A stretch of 64,000 bases of DNA from Octopus sinensis (GCF_006345805.1 NC_043000.1:156736001-156800000); one strand, 5' to 3'; positions 23,894 to 37,823 are shown, counted from the stretch's first letter. Numbers and translations are program-made. The notes: generated from the letters alone by a model not told the origin.

Positions 23894-24577
23894 TATCTAT
23901 CTATCTATTCATCTATCTATACATATACACACATCTTAACCAAATCTTGTCCTGTGGAATTATTCTTGGATTTTATTAATTTGTCTTAATCCGAGCACTA
24001 ATCCGCTGTTCATCTATTATACGTGTATACTAGCGATTTCTCTCACACTGAATCCATCCATCCATCCATCCATCCATCCATCCTCCATCCATCCATCCAT
24101 CCATCTATTCATCCATCCATCCATCCATCCATCCATCCATCCATCCATCCATCCATCCATTCAATCTTTACATACCTATACATATATACATGTAAGCGAG
24201 AATATATATATATGTATCTATGTATGTATATATGTATGTATGTGTGTGTGTATATGTATGCATGTATGTATATGTGTGTGCGTGCGTTTGTGTGCATGTG
24301 TGCATGTGTGCGTCCACGCGTGTGTGTCAGTGTACCTATACACGTACGCGCATACGATGTTCTTTACCACCAAAGCGGATAAAATTAAAAAGATCTATGG
24401 TATGAGACGTTCCAACCTTGGCCACCTGGTATTTTGTATATCAAGTACTACATATTTGATGAGATCCAATTTTAAGGACAGCAGTTTGTAATCTCAGTGA
24501 AATTTGGCTGTGCTTTCGAGGCAATCGAACAACAATCTCGGTATTTCATATATGTGTGTACATCTGTATGCATGTAT

Positions 24578-24624
<47 letters not shown>

Positions 24625-24835
24625 TGAAGGCGGCGGAGCTGGCAGAAACGTTAGCACGCCGGGCGAAATGCGTAGCCGTATTTCGTCTGTCGTTACGTTC
24701 TGAGTTCAAATTCCGCCGAGGTCGACTTTGCCGTTCATCCTTTCGGGGTCGATAAATAAAGATGTAATCGAATTAATCTCTTTGTCTGTCCTTGTTTGTC
24801 CCCTCTATGTTTAGCCCCTTGTGGACAGTAAAGAA
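24625..24835 (+). mobile_element. SINE family B monomer
   Basis: aaggcggcggagctggcagaaacg...tagccccttgtggacagtaaagaaata. Confidence 0.88.
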
Positions 24836-24894
24836 ATATATATATGTATATATATATATACATGCATACATATATACATACATAACTATTCCTC

Positions 24895-24961
<67 letters not shown>

Positions 24962-25672
24962 ATATATATAATGTGTGTGTGTGCGTATGTATGTATATAA
25001 ACGTGCACATACATTATACATACATTTAAGCATACGTATGCAAATACTTACATTCATATACACGTGCATACATACATACGCGTGCACGCGCTCAGGCACG
25101 CTAGTTCGGTCGTACAAGATTTATCCCTTAGTTACAAAACAAACAACGAGAAAAGAAAATAAATTCTATAAGAAACAGAGAGCAACATTAGTGGCAGGAA
25201 GAGGGGAATGCGAAAGCAGCAGATCGACCTGTTATCGATCCGATTACGTAGCCCTTTCATAGACATCCTCCAACATTAATGATGACTAAACAGATTTGTT
25301 TCTTTTACGTTCCTTCCAAGAAAAACCAAACAATCGTTGCTGCTGTTGCTGCTGTTGCTGCTGTTGCTGCTGCTGCACGTACTACTCCACCTGCTGCTGC
25401 TGCTGTAGTCACTTACTACACTTATTACTGCTGTCACTGCTACCTCTTCTTCCTGCTGTATCAAACCACTCTTACTCTTACTCCTGGCCACTGGATAAAC
25501 CCTAGCGCTGTTTACGTCGCTTATTACTGACGTTCTCAGTCACCCTCGTTTCATGTCGACGGTTGCAATTTCCCAGTAGACACTGCGAAAACAGGTGTCA
25601 TTATATAGACTAAACTGTCGCCATTTTAACATCACAGTTCAATGTTATATATGATATATATGATATATATAT

Positions 25673-25707
<35 letters not shown>

Positions 25708-25737
25708 CATATATATAATGATAAATCTCAGAGCGAG

Positions 25738-25795
<58 letters not shown>

Positions 25796-25799
25796 TATA

Positions 25800-25844
<45 letters not shown>

Positions 25845-25866
25845 TATATATATATATATATATATA

Positions 25867-25910
25867 CAGGGTGATTCAAAAGTAACTCTCCTTATGTTAA
25901 AATATAAATT
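25867..25910 (+). mobile_element. Possible Tc1/mariner terminal fragment
   Basis: TA|CAGGGTGATTCAAAAGTAAC directly after (TA)n; no partner TIR found. Confidence 0.4.
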
Positions 25911-25975
25911 AGTCTTCGTTTTTTGTGAATTTGTGAATTCTCCCTATAATAATAATAAAATAATAATAATAATAA

Positions 25976-26046
<71 letters not shown>

Positions 26047-26777
26047 TAATAAAATGAAAATGGTGAGTTTAAACGGACACGTTAATTTACTAGAATAATA
26101 TATTAATTTGTAACATTTATATATATATGAACGTATCTACGTGTGTGTATCTATGTTTGTCCTCCAGCCACTGCTTGAGAACCGATGTTGGTGTGTTTAC
26201 ATCCCCGTAAAACTGTGCCTTCCATCCTCCTTGGCTTGACAAAATAAAGTACCAGTCAAGTACTGAGACTGATGATATCAAGTAACACTCTCCCCTCAAA
26301 TTCGCTGGTCTCGTGGCTAAATCAAATACAATTATGATTAGGGCAAAGGCAGTGTTTTGGTGGAATCGTTTGGCTGCCGGTTAAAATATCTTTTAACACA
26401 TCTTTCGGCAAGCTGGTAGAATAGTTAGCATGCCAGATAAAAAGCTTAGTGGCATTTCGTCCTCCTTCACGTTCTGTATTCAAATTCCACCGAGATAGAC
26501 TTTGTCTTTCATCTTTTCAGAGTCTATAAACAAATACCATTAGAGTACTGGGGTCGATATGATTGACTTACTCCCTCCCCCGAAATTTCTGGCCTTGTGC
26601 CAATATTTGAAATCAGTATAAGTTCCAACTCTTTACGCTCTAATTTCAAAACCCGCCGAAGTCAACGATGTCTTTCGTCCCTCCAGAACGATAAAATAAA
26701 CAAAAATTCGAGTACTGGAGTTGATTTAAGCGATTACCTCTCTCAACAAATATATGGCCTTTTTCTTTTACTAGTAA

Positions 26778-27175
26778 CTAGCAGTATCGCCCGGCGTTGC
26801 TCGGGTTTGTAAGGGAAATAACTATATAAGCATTTTTAGAGATGTAAAGTATAATAGCAATCTCAATATGGCTAACCACAAAGGGAGGGGGTGTTACTGT
26901 AGCTTTTTACGTTCTGAGATTTAATAAAACATTTTTAGAGAGTTACTTCCCTTATATAATAGCAAAAAAATGCATTAAAAATGGGAAAAAATGATGGTAA
27001 TTTTTTTTTTTAATCGTAGACTCATCGTAGACGCGCGCTAATACCCAGAAGGGCTCGATATGAATCACGACTATAAGATACCCGCTTTTGGTTACACTGC
27101 ACCGCAAAATGTGGGAGTAGTTAGGAATCTAAATCGTATGAGACAGACACACAACTTCACTTTTATATATAAAGA
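26778..27175 (-). mobile_element. Complete short non-autonomous Helitron
   Basis: Minus strand starts TC(tttatatataaaag), ends CTAG, with a GC hairpin (cccgagcaacgccggg) ~9 nt upstream; inserted between host A and T; no TSD. Confidence 0.85.
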
Positions 27176-27513
27176 TTTTTATTAGAGTAGTAAGGCCGAA
27201 TCGGTAGAGCATAAAACAAGGGACCTACATCTCTTTAACGAGGCTGAGTTTCCTTTTCTATCTTCCGCAGATGATAAAATATGTACAAGTTAAGCGCTAG
27301 GGTCCATTTAACCATTCTATCCTTCAACATGCGTGGCCTTGGGCCTGTATTTTAAAAATCATAATTGAGGAAACCTTTAGAATGGAAAAGAAGGCGCAAC
27401 CTTCTAGGATATTTACTGAGATATGAGTGAGAATAGTGAGTGGATCTACTCTCACCCAGCGCCTGCAGAGCAGAAAATATTGCTGGGAGACGGAACCTGG
27501 CTTTGGTAGTCAG

Positions 27514-27549
<36 letters not shown>

Positions 27550-28029
27550 TATCATCATCATCATCATCATCATCATCGTCATCATCATCATCATCATCGT
27601 TATCATCATCATCATTATCATCATTTAAAGTCCATGGTGCCCCTGCTGGCATGGGTTAGAATTGTATGTGGGCGTGCAGAAAAGTTCCCGGTTTTGGATA
27701 AAAGAAAATACAGGAGGATCAGTTAATTATGATTTCGTTCAACATATTACCCCCACCCTCGGATTCACGCACTTATTGCAGCGACCCTTCAGTTATCTAA
27801 TCCCTTTCAGTAGTCGTTGACTCTGAGAGTCAACGGCTATTGAAAAGGTTGCGAGACGCAACGAGAATTTTAGGAAAAATAAATGAGTAAATGAGTGGAA
27901 ACTTTACCGGTGAATGTGTTAACTTATAAGGCACTAAAAGCGAATGATTCTCACCAGATACAACAAAATATGCTTCAACGCACGAACTCACATAAAGAAT
28001 CTTGCAAACCAAATCCCAAAACGAACACA

Positions 28030-28620
28030 CATAGTTGGAATTTACAGAAAAGCAAAAGACGAAGACAGGTGTATAAACAACAAACAGGTGTATTACTTGA
28101 ACGCTCGGGAAGGTGAGGGAGTCCGGATGATCCCTGTGCAAGGACGATCCAAACACGGACAGGTGTTGCAAAGAGTGACCGATAGAGCGGAAATGGTGCG
28201 AGACTGGAGCGTCATTGCCGAGTCGGATGTTTCGGAGATGTTCCGCGAACCGGTCAGCCGAGCGGCGTCCCATTTGCCCGATATATAGAGAAGGGCAGAG
28301 AGAGCAGAAGATGCAGTAGATGATATTGGTAGAAATGCAGGTGAAGGAGTCGGTGATGTGATAGGATCGATGATGGGTGCCGGTGAGGAGGGTGGTGTTG
28401 GAGAGGTAAGGGCAAGTGCGGTAGCGTGGGGGGGAGCAGGGGAACGAGCCGGGTTGGGAGGTTGGGTTAGAGAAGAAGCTGTGGACCGAAAGGTCTCGTA
28501 GGTTGTGGGCTCGTTTGAAGGAGGGGAGGGGTCAGTTAGGGAAGATGCGAAGTGGAGGGTTCTGACTTGAGTCGCCGGAAGGCTCGGAGAATGGTGCGTT
28601 GGAGAGGTAGGGTTGTGGGG
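28030..28620 (-). mobile_element. Penelope-like (Neptune-type) element 3' fragment: Cys-rich linker plus GIY-YIG endonuclease, joined to pLTR tail
   Basis: FKRAHNLRDL..PGSFPCSPPRYRTCP..SFTCISTNIIYCIFCSLCPSLYIGQMGRRSADRFAEHLRNIR..PVSHHF, then ttcccgagcgttcaagtaatacacctg pLTR sequence. Confidence 0.9.
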
Positions 28621-29078
28621 TAATATATATAAACACATATATAATCGGTTCTGTGAAAACCCCAACTACGTATTATTTGGTTATTATTAGTTTTTATTTG
28701 TTTACTTGTGTTTATTTATTTAATCAATTTATCTATTCCGTTCTTGACCTTATATCTGTATCATAAATCATTATTCTTATCGTTTACGCCCGAGATCAAA
28801 CTTCACACTCCATCGGCCGGGGATCGTTAAGTTAAGTAACAAATATTGTACTGCGGTTTGATCTCATCGATTCTTCCCCCACCCCACCCATCCACCCACT
28901 CACCTATCAGCAGCAGCACACAAAATTTGTGGCTCCGTCATTATGTTAGAAACCACCACCATCATCATCATTGTAATCATCGTTGTAATAATCGTTGGCG
29001 TCGCAGTGGTCTTCGCCATTGTCGTTATCATCGTTGTCGTCATCGTCTTCATCATCATCATCATCATCATCATTATCC

Positions 29079-29109
<31 letters not shown>

Positions 29110-29179
29110 CATCATCATCATCATCTCATCATCATCATCAATCATCATCATCATCATCATCATCAAGTGCGATAAATTT

Positions 29180-30133
29180 GGCAGATTCACTAAATAGTCT
29201 GAAAGAAAATAACGGCAATTTATTCCGGGTGTGTATGTTCTGAGTTCAAATTCCACTGAAATAAACTTTGCCTTTCATCCTTCCATGTTCGATAAATAAA
29301 ATATGTTACTTGTCAGGTACTGAGATCGATATATTCAATTATGACCGCCATCTCCCGAAATATCTGGCTTTGTGCCTATGTTAAAACCGATCTTCGTCAT
29401 CATCATCAGCAGCAGCAGCGGTAGTAGATGTAGTAGTAATAGTAGCGACGGTGGTGTAGTGGCAGTCGTCGTTGTTATAGAAGTTGAAATAGCAGTTTTG
29501 TTTGTTGATGTGTTAAAAGGCGGCGAGCCGGCAGAAACGTCAGCACGCCGGGCGAAATGTTTAGCAGTATTTCTGCCGCTACGTTCTGAGTTCAAATTCC
29601 GGCAAGGTCGACTTTGCCTTTCATCCTTTCGGGATCGGTAAACTAAGTACCAGTTACGCACTGGGGTCGATGTAATCGACTTAATCCGTTTGTCTGTCCT
29701 TGTTTGTCCTCTCTGTGCTTAGCCCCTTGTGGGTAGTAACGAAATAGGTATTTCGTCTCTCTTTACCTTCTGAGTTCAAATTCCGCCGAAGTTGACTTTG
29801 CCTTTCATCCTTTCGGGATCGATAAATTAAATACCAGTTGTGTACTGGGATCGATCTAATCGACTACCCCCTTCCCCAAAAGTTCGGGCCTTCAGCCTTG
29901 AGTAGAAAAGAACGTGTTAATAGCGACGAGCTGGCAGCATCGCTAGCACGCCGGACAAACTGCTTCGCGGTATTTCGTCCATCTATACATTCTGAGTTCA
30001 AATTCAGCCGAGGTCGACTTTACTATTCATCCTTAAGGGATCAATAAATTAAGTACCAGTGAAATACTGGAGTCGATGTAATCGACTAGTCCTCTCACCC
30101 CAAATTCCTGGCTTTGTGCTTTTAAAAGAAAAG

Positions 30134-30189
<56 letters not shown>

Positions 30190-30906
30190 CATTAAGGCGG
30201 CGAACGGGCAGATTCGTTAGTACGTCGGGTAAAATGCTTAGCGGTATTTCGCCCGTTGGTACGTTCTGAATTCAAATTCCGCTGAGGACTTTACCTTTCA
30301 ACCTTTCGGGGACGATAAATGAAGTACCAATTGAGTACCGGGGTCGAGGTGTTCAACTGTCTCCCTCACCACAAAATCCAGACTTTGTGTCTATAGTAGA
30401 AAGGATTATTATTATTATTATTATTGAGTGAGAGAGCAGTTCATGCCATCAAAGTGACACTGGGGTAAAATATACGAAACCCAATATACCCATCATGACT
30501 ACCCGTCTGATAAAGGTACACCAGGCACATGCATCACAACCATATGTGCGCGACATGGTGATCTCATATCAAGATAAACAGCACATGACCTTGCAGGTGG
30601 GGCCCAGTTAGAATTTTCTTCAGGTTGAGTAGCCCATCCCGCTCAAACGGTCCCTGAATAAGGGTTCTTTAAGGATGTTGAAAGAACCACCCATGTTTCC
30701 AGAGGTGAACTATTCAAACCCCAAAGAATCCCTCTCAACACATGGCTATGATGCTCCCTCACTACTTCTGCTCGTGATCAGAGATGCACATATCGTCAGC
30801 CACTAAGGGACATGCTCAACTGGTTAAGGTCAAACAACTGACAAGCAAATCTGTGGTATTGAGCAGAATATTTGCTGTAGCCCATCTTTTATTATTATTA
30901 TTATTA

Positions 30907-30954
<48 letters not shown>

Positions 30955-31205
30955 CACGGTAAAGTCGGCAGAGTCGTTAGCACGCCGGCCAAACTGCTTC
31001 GCCGCATTTTGTCCGTCGTTCCTATGTTCAAGTGTTCAAATTCCGCCGAGGTTGACTTTGCCGCGTTCATCCTTCTGTGGGTCCGATAAAATAAATTCCA
31101 GTAGTTGAATAGTGGGGTACGGTGGGGGGGGGGGGGGGTCGATGTAATCGATTGACCTCTTTTCCTGAAAATGCTGGGCTTGTGCCAAAATTGGAAACCC
31201 TATTT
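29180..31205 (+). mobile_element. Head-to-tail cluster of at least 5 SINE family B copies separated by (ATT)n
   Basis: Copies at ~29180-29375, 29517-29910 (dimer), 29925-30135, 30194-30410 and 30955-31205. Confidence 0.85.
30424..30888 (-). mobile_element. ~465-bp non-coding interspersed element flanked by (TAA)n, no tRNA head
   Basis: Sharp boundaries against (ATT)n on both sides; its 3' part (tatattttaccccagtgtcactttga) recurs at ~37310-37350, also near (AAT)n. Orientation is inferred. Confidence 0.65.
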
Positions 31206-31559
31206 ATTTATTCATCCATTTCTGCAGTGGCTTTTATTTGTTGCCTGCAGCAGCCATCGCTGCTACTATTGCTGCTGATACTGCTAAAGGTAATGCCGGC
31301 ATCTGTTGCTGTTACTGCTGCTGCTGCTGCTACTGTAACAGTTGCGACATTGGCATCTATTGTTGTTGTTGTTGTTGATGTTGACTTGTAGGTTGTTAGG
31401 TGCAACACAATATTCGGTACAGCTGCACGCCAACCGTTATATCACACAGTTGTTATATAACGATCATTTCCTCCGCCTCTGCTTTATTATGCTGCTGAGG
31501 TTGTTGTTGTTGTTGTTGTTGTTATTGTTGTGGTAGTCTGTTGGCTGCTGGCTTCTTGC

Positions 31560-33320
31560 AGCAGTGGCTGAGGTGGTGGTGGTGGTGGTGGTGATAATGG
31601 TTGTGGTGAATGTGATGGAGGTGATGGTGATGATGAAGGTGGTGGTGATGATGGTTGTGATGGTGATGATGGTGGTGGTGGTGGAGGTGATGGAGATGGT
31701 GACGGTGATGGAGGCGATGGTGGTGATGGTGGATGGTGATGGTGGTGGTGGTGGTGATAATGGTTGTGGTGAACGTGATGGAGGTGATGGTGATGATGAA
31801 GGTGATGGTGATGATGGTGGTGGTGGTGGTGGTGGTGGTGAACGTGATGGAGGCGATGGTTGTGATGGTGATGATGATTGTGGTGGTGGGGGAGGTGATG
31901 GAGATGGTGACGGTGATGAGGATGGTGACGGTAGTGGAGGTGGTAATGGTAGTGGTGGTGGTGTTGGTGGTTGTAGAAGCAGCAGTAGGGCTGATGTGGC
32001 AATGGTGGCGAAGGAGGCAGGAAAAACGTGAGAAATGATGGTGGTGGTGGTGGTGGTGGTGGTGGTGGTAGACGGTGTGGTGCGAGTACTTTTGATAATG
32101 TTTGGTGAGGGTATTGGTGTTTGATGTAGGAACGATGGTGAGGATGGTGATGATGGCAGCAGCAGCAGCCCTGGCTTCCGGCGGTGGCGGTGGCGTCGAT
32201 GGTAGCGATGGTGGTGGTGGTTGTGGTGGTAGTTATTTATGGCGGTAGATACAAAGAGACTGATGAGGATGATGATGATGATGACGATGATGGTGGTGGG
32301 GGCGGTGGGGGCGATGGGGTGGAGGTGGTGGTAGTGGTGGTGGTGGTGGTGGTGGTGGTGGTGGTGGCGGCGATTGTGCAGGTGGTGGTGGTTGTGGTGC
32401 AGATGGTTTTAACGGTGATGATGTTGCCGATGTTGGATGACGAAATAAAGGTGAGATTGATGATGATGGAATGTTTGAGTGGTAGTAGTAGTAGTGGTAG
32501 CGGTAGTGGCGGCGGTGGCGATGGTGTGGTGGCGGCAGCAGACTTGTTGTTATTGTTGTTGTTGTTCTTGTTGTTGTTGCTGGTGGTGGTGGTGGTGGTG
32601 GTGGTGGTTGTGGTGGTGGAGTTAGTGATGGTGGCAGAGTTCTTCTTGGAGGTGATGGCGGCGTTGTTGTTGGTGGTGGCAGACTTGGTGGTGGTGGTAG
32701 AAGCGGAGTTAGTGGTGGTGGTGTCGATGGTGGCAGACTTGTTGTTGTTGTTGTTGGTGGTGGTGTTGGTAGAGGAAGAGGTGATAGTGGGGCAGTTGGT
32801 GTTTGTGATGGTGGCATCTTCTTCTTGTTCTTGGTGGTGGTGGCGATGGTTGTTGTAGGAATGGAGTTGGTGGGGGTGTTTACGATGGTGGTTGCGATGA
32901 TGATGGACCTATTTTTGTTCTTGTTCTTGTTCTTGGTGGTGGTTGTGGTTGTAGTGGAATGTTGCTGGTGATGGTTGTAGTGGTGGTGGTAGTAACGGGA
33001 GCTGGTGGTGGTGGTGGTGGTTTGGTTCTGGTTGTGGTGAATGTGGGTGTGGTGGTTGATGTGGAAATAGTAGCGATGGTGGTTTGATATCAACGATGAT
33101 GATGATGATGATGTTGGTAGTGCTTGTAGCCGGGATGATGCTGTTTTTAGACAATGGTGGCGCTGGCGTTGGTCTTGATGGTGGTCGTGGTTGTTTCATT
33201 TAATAATGAAGCGAAGGACGGTGGAGTTCATGGCCCTGGCTGGAGGAGGTTGATGTGCTGGAGGCGACGGTGATGAAGATGCTGGGGGTATTGAGGGGGT
33301 ATTGAGGGGTTAGCAATAGT
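31560..33320. repeat. (GGT/GAT/GTT)n low-complexity block with an internal ~170-bp duplication
   Basis: Visible triplet repeats; the segment near 31590-31735 recurs at ~31755-31920. Confidence 0.9.
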
Positions 33321-33400
33321 GGAAACGGCAGTTGGCTGTAGTAGTAGTAGTACTAGTAGTAGTAATAGTAGTAGTAGTAGTAGTAGTAGAAGCAGCAGTT

Positions 33401-33456
<56 letters not shown>

Positions 33457-33633
33457 TGTTGTTATTGTCCTTCTTATTAACCCCACGTCAACCATGATCG
33501 GAGCAGACTTATGATCAAAGACATGCCAACATTGACTACCCCGACCATTTTTTACCCTTGTGCAAGTGTAACTCGGGGTCACATTCTCGAACGTGTCTTC
33601 TTTGCTTTTCGTTTTCTTTACTTTCTTTTTTCA

Positions 33634-33690
<57 letters not shown>

Positions 33691-34029
33691 AATATATATT
33701 ACAAGTTGTTTCCAGATTTGATTCCTATTTCTAGCAGGTCGAGCCACCACGTAGAGGCTCCGTCGCCAGCCAGCTAGCAAGCTGTGATGGTGATGCTGAT
33801 GGGGATGGTGGTTGTGGGAGGTGCTAGTGTTGTTGGTAATAACTGCAGTTTAAACAGTGGTAAGTACTATGAAAGCGGAAATGGCTTTGGTGGTGGTGAC
33901 AGCGGTGATATTGATAGTCGTTATGTAACCAGGGTGGGGATGTTTTGCATGCTGATGTAACACTGGAGGGAGGAAGAAGGAAGATACAACAAAGCCATGG
34001 TGACAATATTAGGGAGGCGGGAAAATATC

Positions 34030-35128
34030 CCGCGGTGTTTCTTTCGGTTTTTCCTTTCTGAGTTTAAATTCCGCTGAAGTCAATTTTGCTTTTTTATCCT
34101 TCCAGGGTTGAGAAAATAAAGCACCTGTCAAGTACTGAGGTTGATATAATCAATTAAAATCTCCTCCTACCTGCCAAAATCTGAAACAATTGGTGAGCTG
34201 GCAGAATCGTTAGCACGCCGGGCAAAATGCTTTGCGGCATTTCGTCCCCCTTCGCGTTCTGAGTTCAAATTCCGCCGAGGTCGACACTGCATTTTATCCT
34301 TTCGCGGTCGATGAATTAAGTACCAGTTGCGTACTGGTGTCGATCTAGTCGACTGGCCCTCTCCTCCAAAATTTTGGGCCTTGTGCCTAGACTAGAAAAG
34401 ATTATTATTATTATTATTATTATTATTATGAACAAAGCTGCAAGCTGGCAGAAACGTTAGCACGCCGGGCAAAATGCTTAGCGCTATTTCGTCTGCCGTT
34501 ACGCTCTGAGTTCAAATTCTGCCAAGGTCGACTTTGCTTTTCATCCTTTCGGGGTCGATAAATTAAGTACCAGTTACGCACTGGTGTTGATGTAATCAAC
34601 TTAATCCCTTTGTCTGTCCTTGTTTGTCTCCTCTATGTTTAGCCCTTGTGGGCAATAAAGAAATAATTGTTTGTACGCTGGACGAAATGTTGGACGTAGT
34701 TCGCCCCTCGCAACGTTCTGAGTTTAATTTCAGCCGAGGTAGACTTTGCCTTTCATCCTTCGGGGTCGATAAATTACGTACCAATGAAAACACTGGGGTC
34801 GATGTAATTCACTAGTCCCCCCCCCAAAAAATTAGGGGCCTTGTGCCTTTAGTAGAAAGGATTCTTATTACGAGGAAAGTGGCGAGCTGGCAAAATCGTT
34901 AGCATGCTAGACGAAATGCTTAGCGGTATTTCGCCCGTCGCTACGATCTGAGTTCAAATTCCGCCGAAGTCGACTTTGCCTTCCATCCTTTTCGGTGTCG
35001 AAAAATTAAGTACCAATGAAACACCGGGGTCGATATAATCAACTTATACCCCTCCCGCCAAATTTCAGGCCTTGCGTCTATAATAGAAAGGATTATTATT
35101 ATTATTATTATTATTGTTATTATTATTA
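34030..35128 (+). mobile_element. Second head-to-tail cluster of SINE family B copies with (ATT)n tails
   Basis: Copies at ~34030-34170, 34190-34430, 34432-34870 (dimer) and 34878-35128. Confidence 0.85.
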
Positions 35129-35295
35129 TGTTGAGGAACGGTGGAAAGTTCCGTGCGGTATTTATTCCGACTTTTTGTTTCGAACAGAAATCCCACCTTT
35201 CATTTTTTCGGTGTTTAAAGTACTGTTCCAATAATATTGTTATCATTCACTCTTCCTTTCTTCCTTCCGTTCATCCTCTCCACTCTACCCCCGCT

Positions 35296-35334
<39 letters not shown>

Positions 35335-35454
35335 CGGCTACTTTACACTGTAAGAAATGCCTAGCGAGGTACCCTTACCCTTATCACAGTGTCCCTTTCT
35401 CCAGATATTCTCCAGATATTCCAGATATATAAAGACCTTTTTATCTTTTATTGG

Positions 35455-35850
35455 TTTCCCTTATTAGATTGTGACCATGCTGGGGCACCATCTAGAAAAG
35501 TTTTAGTCGAACAAATCGATCTTAGTACTTACTTCCTTCTTTATAAACCTGGTTCTTATTCTATCGGTCTTTTTTTTTTGGCGAACCGCTGATTTACGGG
35601 GACATAAACAAACCAACAACAGTTGTCAAACGATGGTGGAGACGAACACAGGCGCAAAGACACACACACAAACACATACACACACTGATACACAAACAAA
35701 CAAACACACACACGCATATACAAACACACACACACACGCACACACACGCATATATATATATATATATTCAGCTTCCGTCTAGCAAATCTAATCAAAAGGC
35801 TTTGGTCGTCCCGAGGCTACAGTTGAAGAAACTTGCCCAAGGTGCCACTT
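35455..35850 (-). mobile_element. SINE family A, diverged
   Basis: ccatgctggggcacc...gcaaatct...ggctacagttgaagaaacttgcccaaggtgccac. Confidence 0.8.
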
Positions 35851-35939
35851 ATTGGACGAGTTTTCCAATAACGCAACTTTATACGTTCTAAGAATTGTCC
35901 AAGGACGAACAGATATTCGCAACGGAAATTAAGAAAATA

Positions 35940-35944
35940 CGAAG

Positions 35945-35987
<43 letters not shown>

Positions 35988-36030
35988 CAGCAGTAGTAGT
36001 AGTAGCAGCAGCAGTAGTAGTAGTAGTAGT

Positions 36031-36068
<38 letters not shown>

Positions 36069-36181
36069 TGCTGGGAGTAATATCGGTGTGCTGGTGGTTG
36101 TAGTGGTGGTAGATGTAATAATAATGCTGACGATGCTAGCGACGCTGGCGGCGTCGTTGGCAGCGGTGATGATGATGGTGG

Positions 36182-36212
<31 letters not shown>

Positions 36213-36316
36213 GGTGGTAGTGCTGGTGGTGGTGGTGGTGGTGGTGGTGGTAGTGCTGGTGGTGGTGGTGGTGGTGGTGCTGGTGGTAGTGGTGGTGGTG
36301 GTGGTGGTGCTGATGC

Positions 36317-36347
<31 letters not shown>

Positions 36348-36529
36348 AGTGCTGGTGGTGGTGGTGGTGATAATGATGGTGGTGGTGGTGGTGGTGCTGG
36401 TGGTGGTGGTGGTGGTGGTGCTGGTGGTGGTAGTGCTGGTGGTGGTGGTGGTGGTGGTGGTGGTAGTGCTGGTGGTGGTGGTGGTGATGATGATGGTGGT
36501 GGTGGTGGTGGTGGTGGTAGTGCTGATGC

Positions 36530-36560
<31 letters not shown>

Positions 36561-36941
36561 GGTAGTGGTGGTGGTGGTGCTGGTGGTGGTGGTGGTGGTG
36601 GTAAGATTGATGGTTGTGACGACTATGTTGAGGATGAAGAAGAAATTGGTGATGATAATTAGGTTAACGACGTGGATGGTTGAGTGACGACGATGCTCAA
36701 TCAAGGTGTTAGTAGTGATGGCAATGCTACTGCTGCTGCTGCTGTTACTACCGGTGACGATGATTTATGAGAAGGAGGAGGTGGAAGAGGAGGAGGAGGA
36801 GGATGGCATTCGGTGGCAGCGATGTCGAAATTGATTGAATTATGTAATATTATATTATGGGAAGGCGGTACCACGATATGTCGGTGATACTATTTCATTA
36901 ATACCATTGGTATATTGGCACTAGTGCGAGCGTTAATGGTT

Positions 36942-36997
<56 letters not shown>

Positions 36998-37001
36998 GGC
37001 G

Positions 37002-37081
<80 letters not shown>

Positions 37082-37110
37082 GTTGGTGGTAGTAGTAGTA
37101 GTAGTAGTAA
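35940..37110. repeat. (GTA)n/(GCA)n/(GGT)n triplet-repeat block
   Basis: Visible tandem triplets. Confidence 0.92.
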
Positions 37111-37506
37111 TGGTAATAATCATTTCTACTATAAACAGAAGGCCTAAAATTTTGGGGGAGAGGGCAAGTCGATTACATCGATCCCAGTACACAACTGGTA
37201 CTTATGTATTTCATCGACGCCGAGAGGATGAAAGGCAAAGCTGACCTCGGTGGAATTTGAACTCAGAATGCAAGAACGGACAAAATGTCACGAAGTCATA
37301 ATGGTTATATACTGGGCTTCCTATATTTTACCCCAGTGTCACTTTGACGGCCTTCAAGAAGAAGATAAGGATAATAATAATATACATATTGTATCCAGTG
37401 GCCAGGTGCAATAAGACGATATCTGTCTAAGTTATCTAAGGTAGCCTGCATTTTTTAAAGAGTAAGGTATGATTTGAAGGCGCTCTAGTAGTTGCATCGT
37501 TTTTGC

Positions 37507-37546
<40 letters not shown>

Positions 37547-37823
37547 CTTCTTCTTCTTCTTCTTCTTCTCTTCGTTTTCTTTAGACCCAAGTTACTTTTG
37601 ATCAAGGAGACCTATTACCAAATATTCCAACCGTAACCATCACGCCGATATTTTTTTTCAGCATTTTACTTTTTTTCAGACATAGCCTAACTAGGATTAC
37701 ATTGACCAAAGTGAACATTGTTAAGACGGTGTTATTTGAGAGACATTCTGTTGCTATACTTAACAACCAAGCGGCCACGAAGAAGGGTACTTATATAGAT
37801 CTGTGGGTGCTTTCTTGTAGTTG

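Noticed and set aside
30790-30888. Canonical HDV-like ribozyme
   Set aside because: Only 8 nt lie between P2 and P1', too short for P3/L3, and there is no P1.1 GG. Kept only as a pseudoknot candidate.
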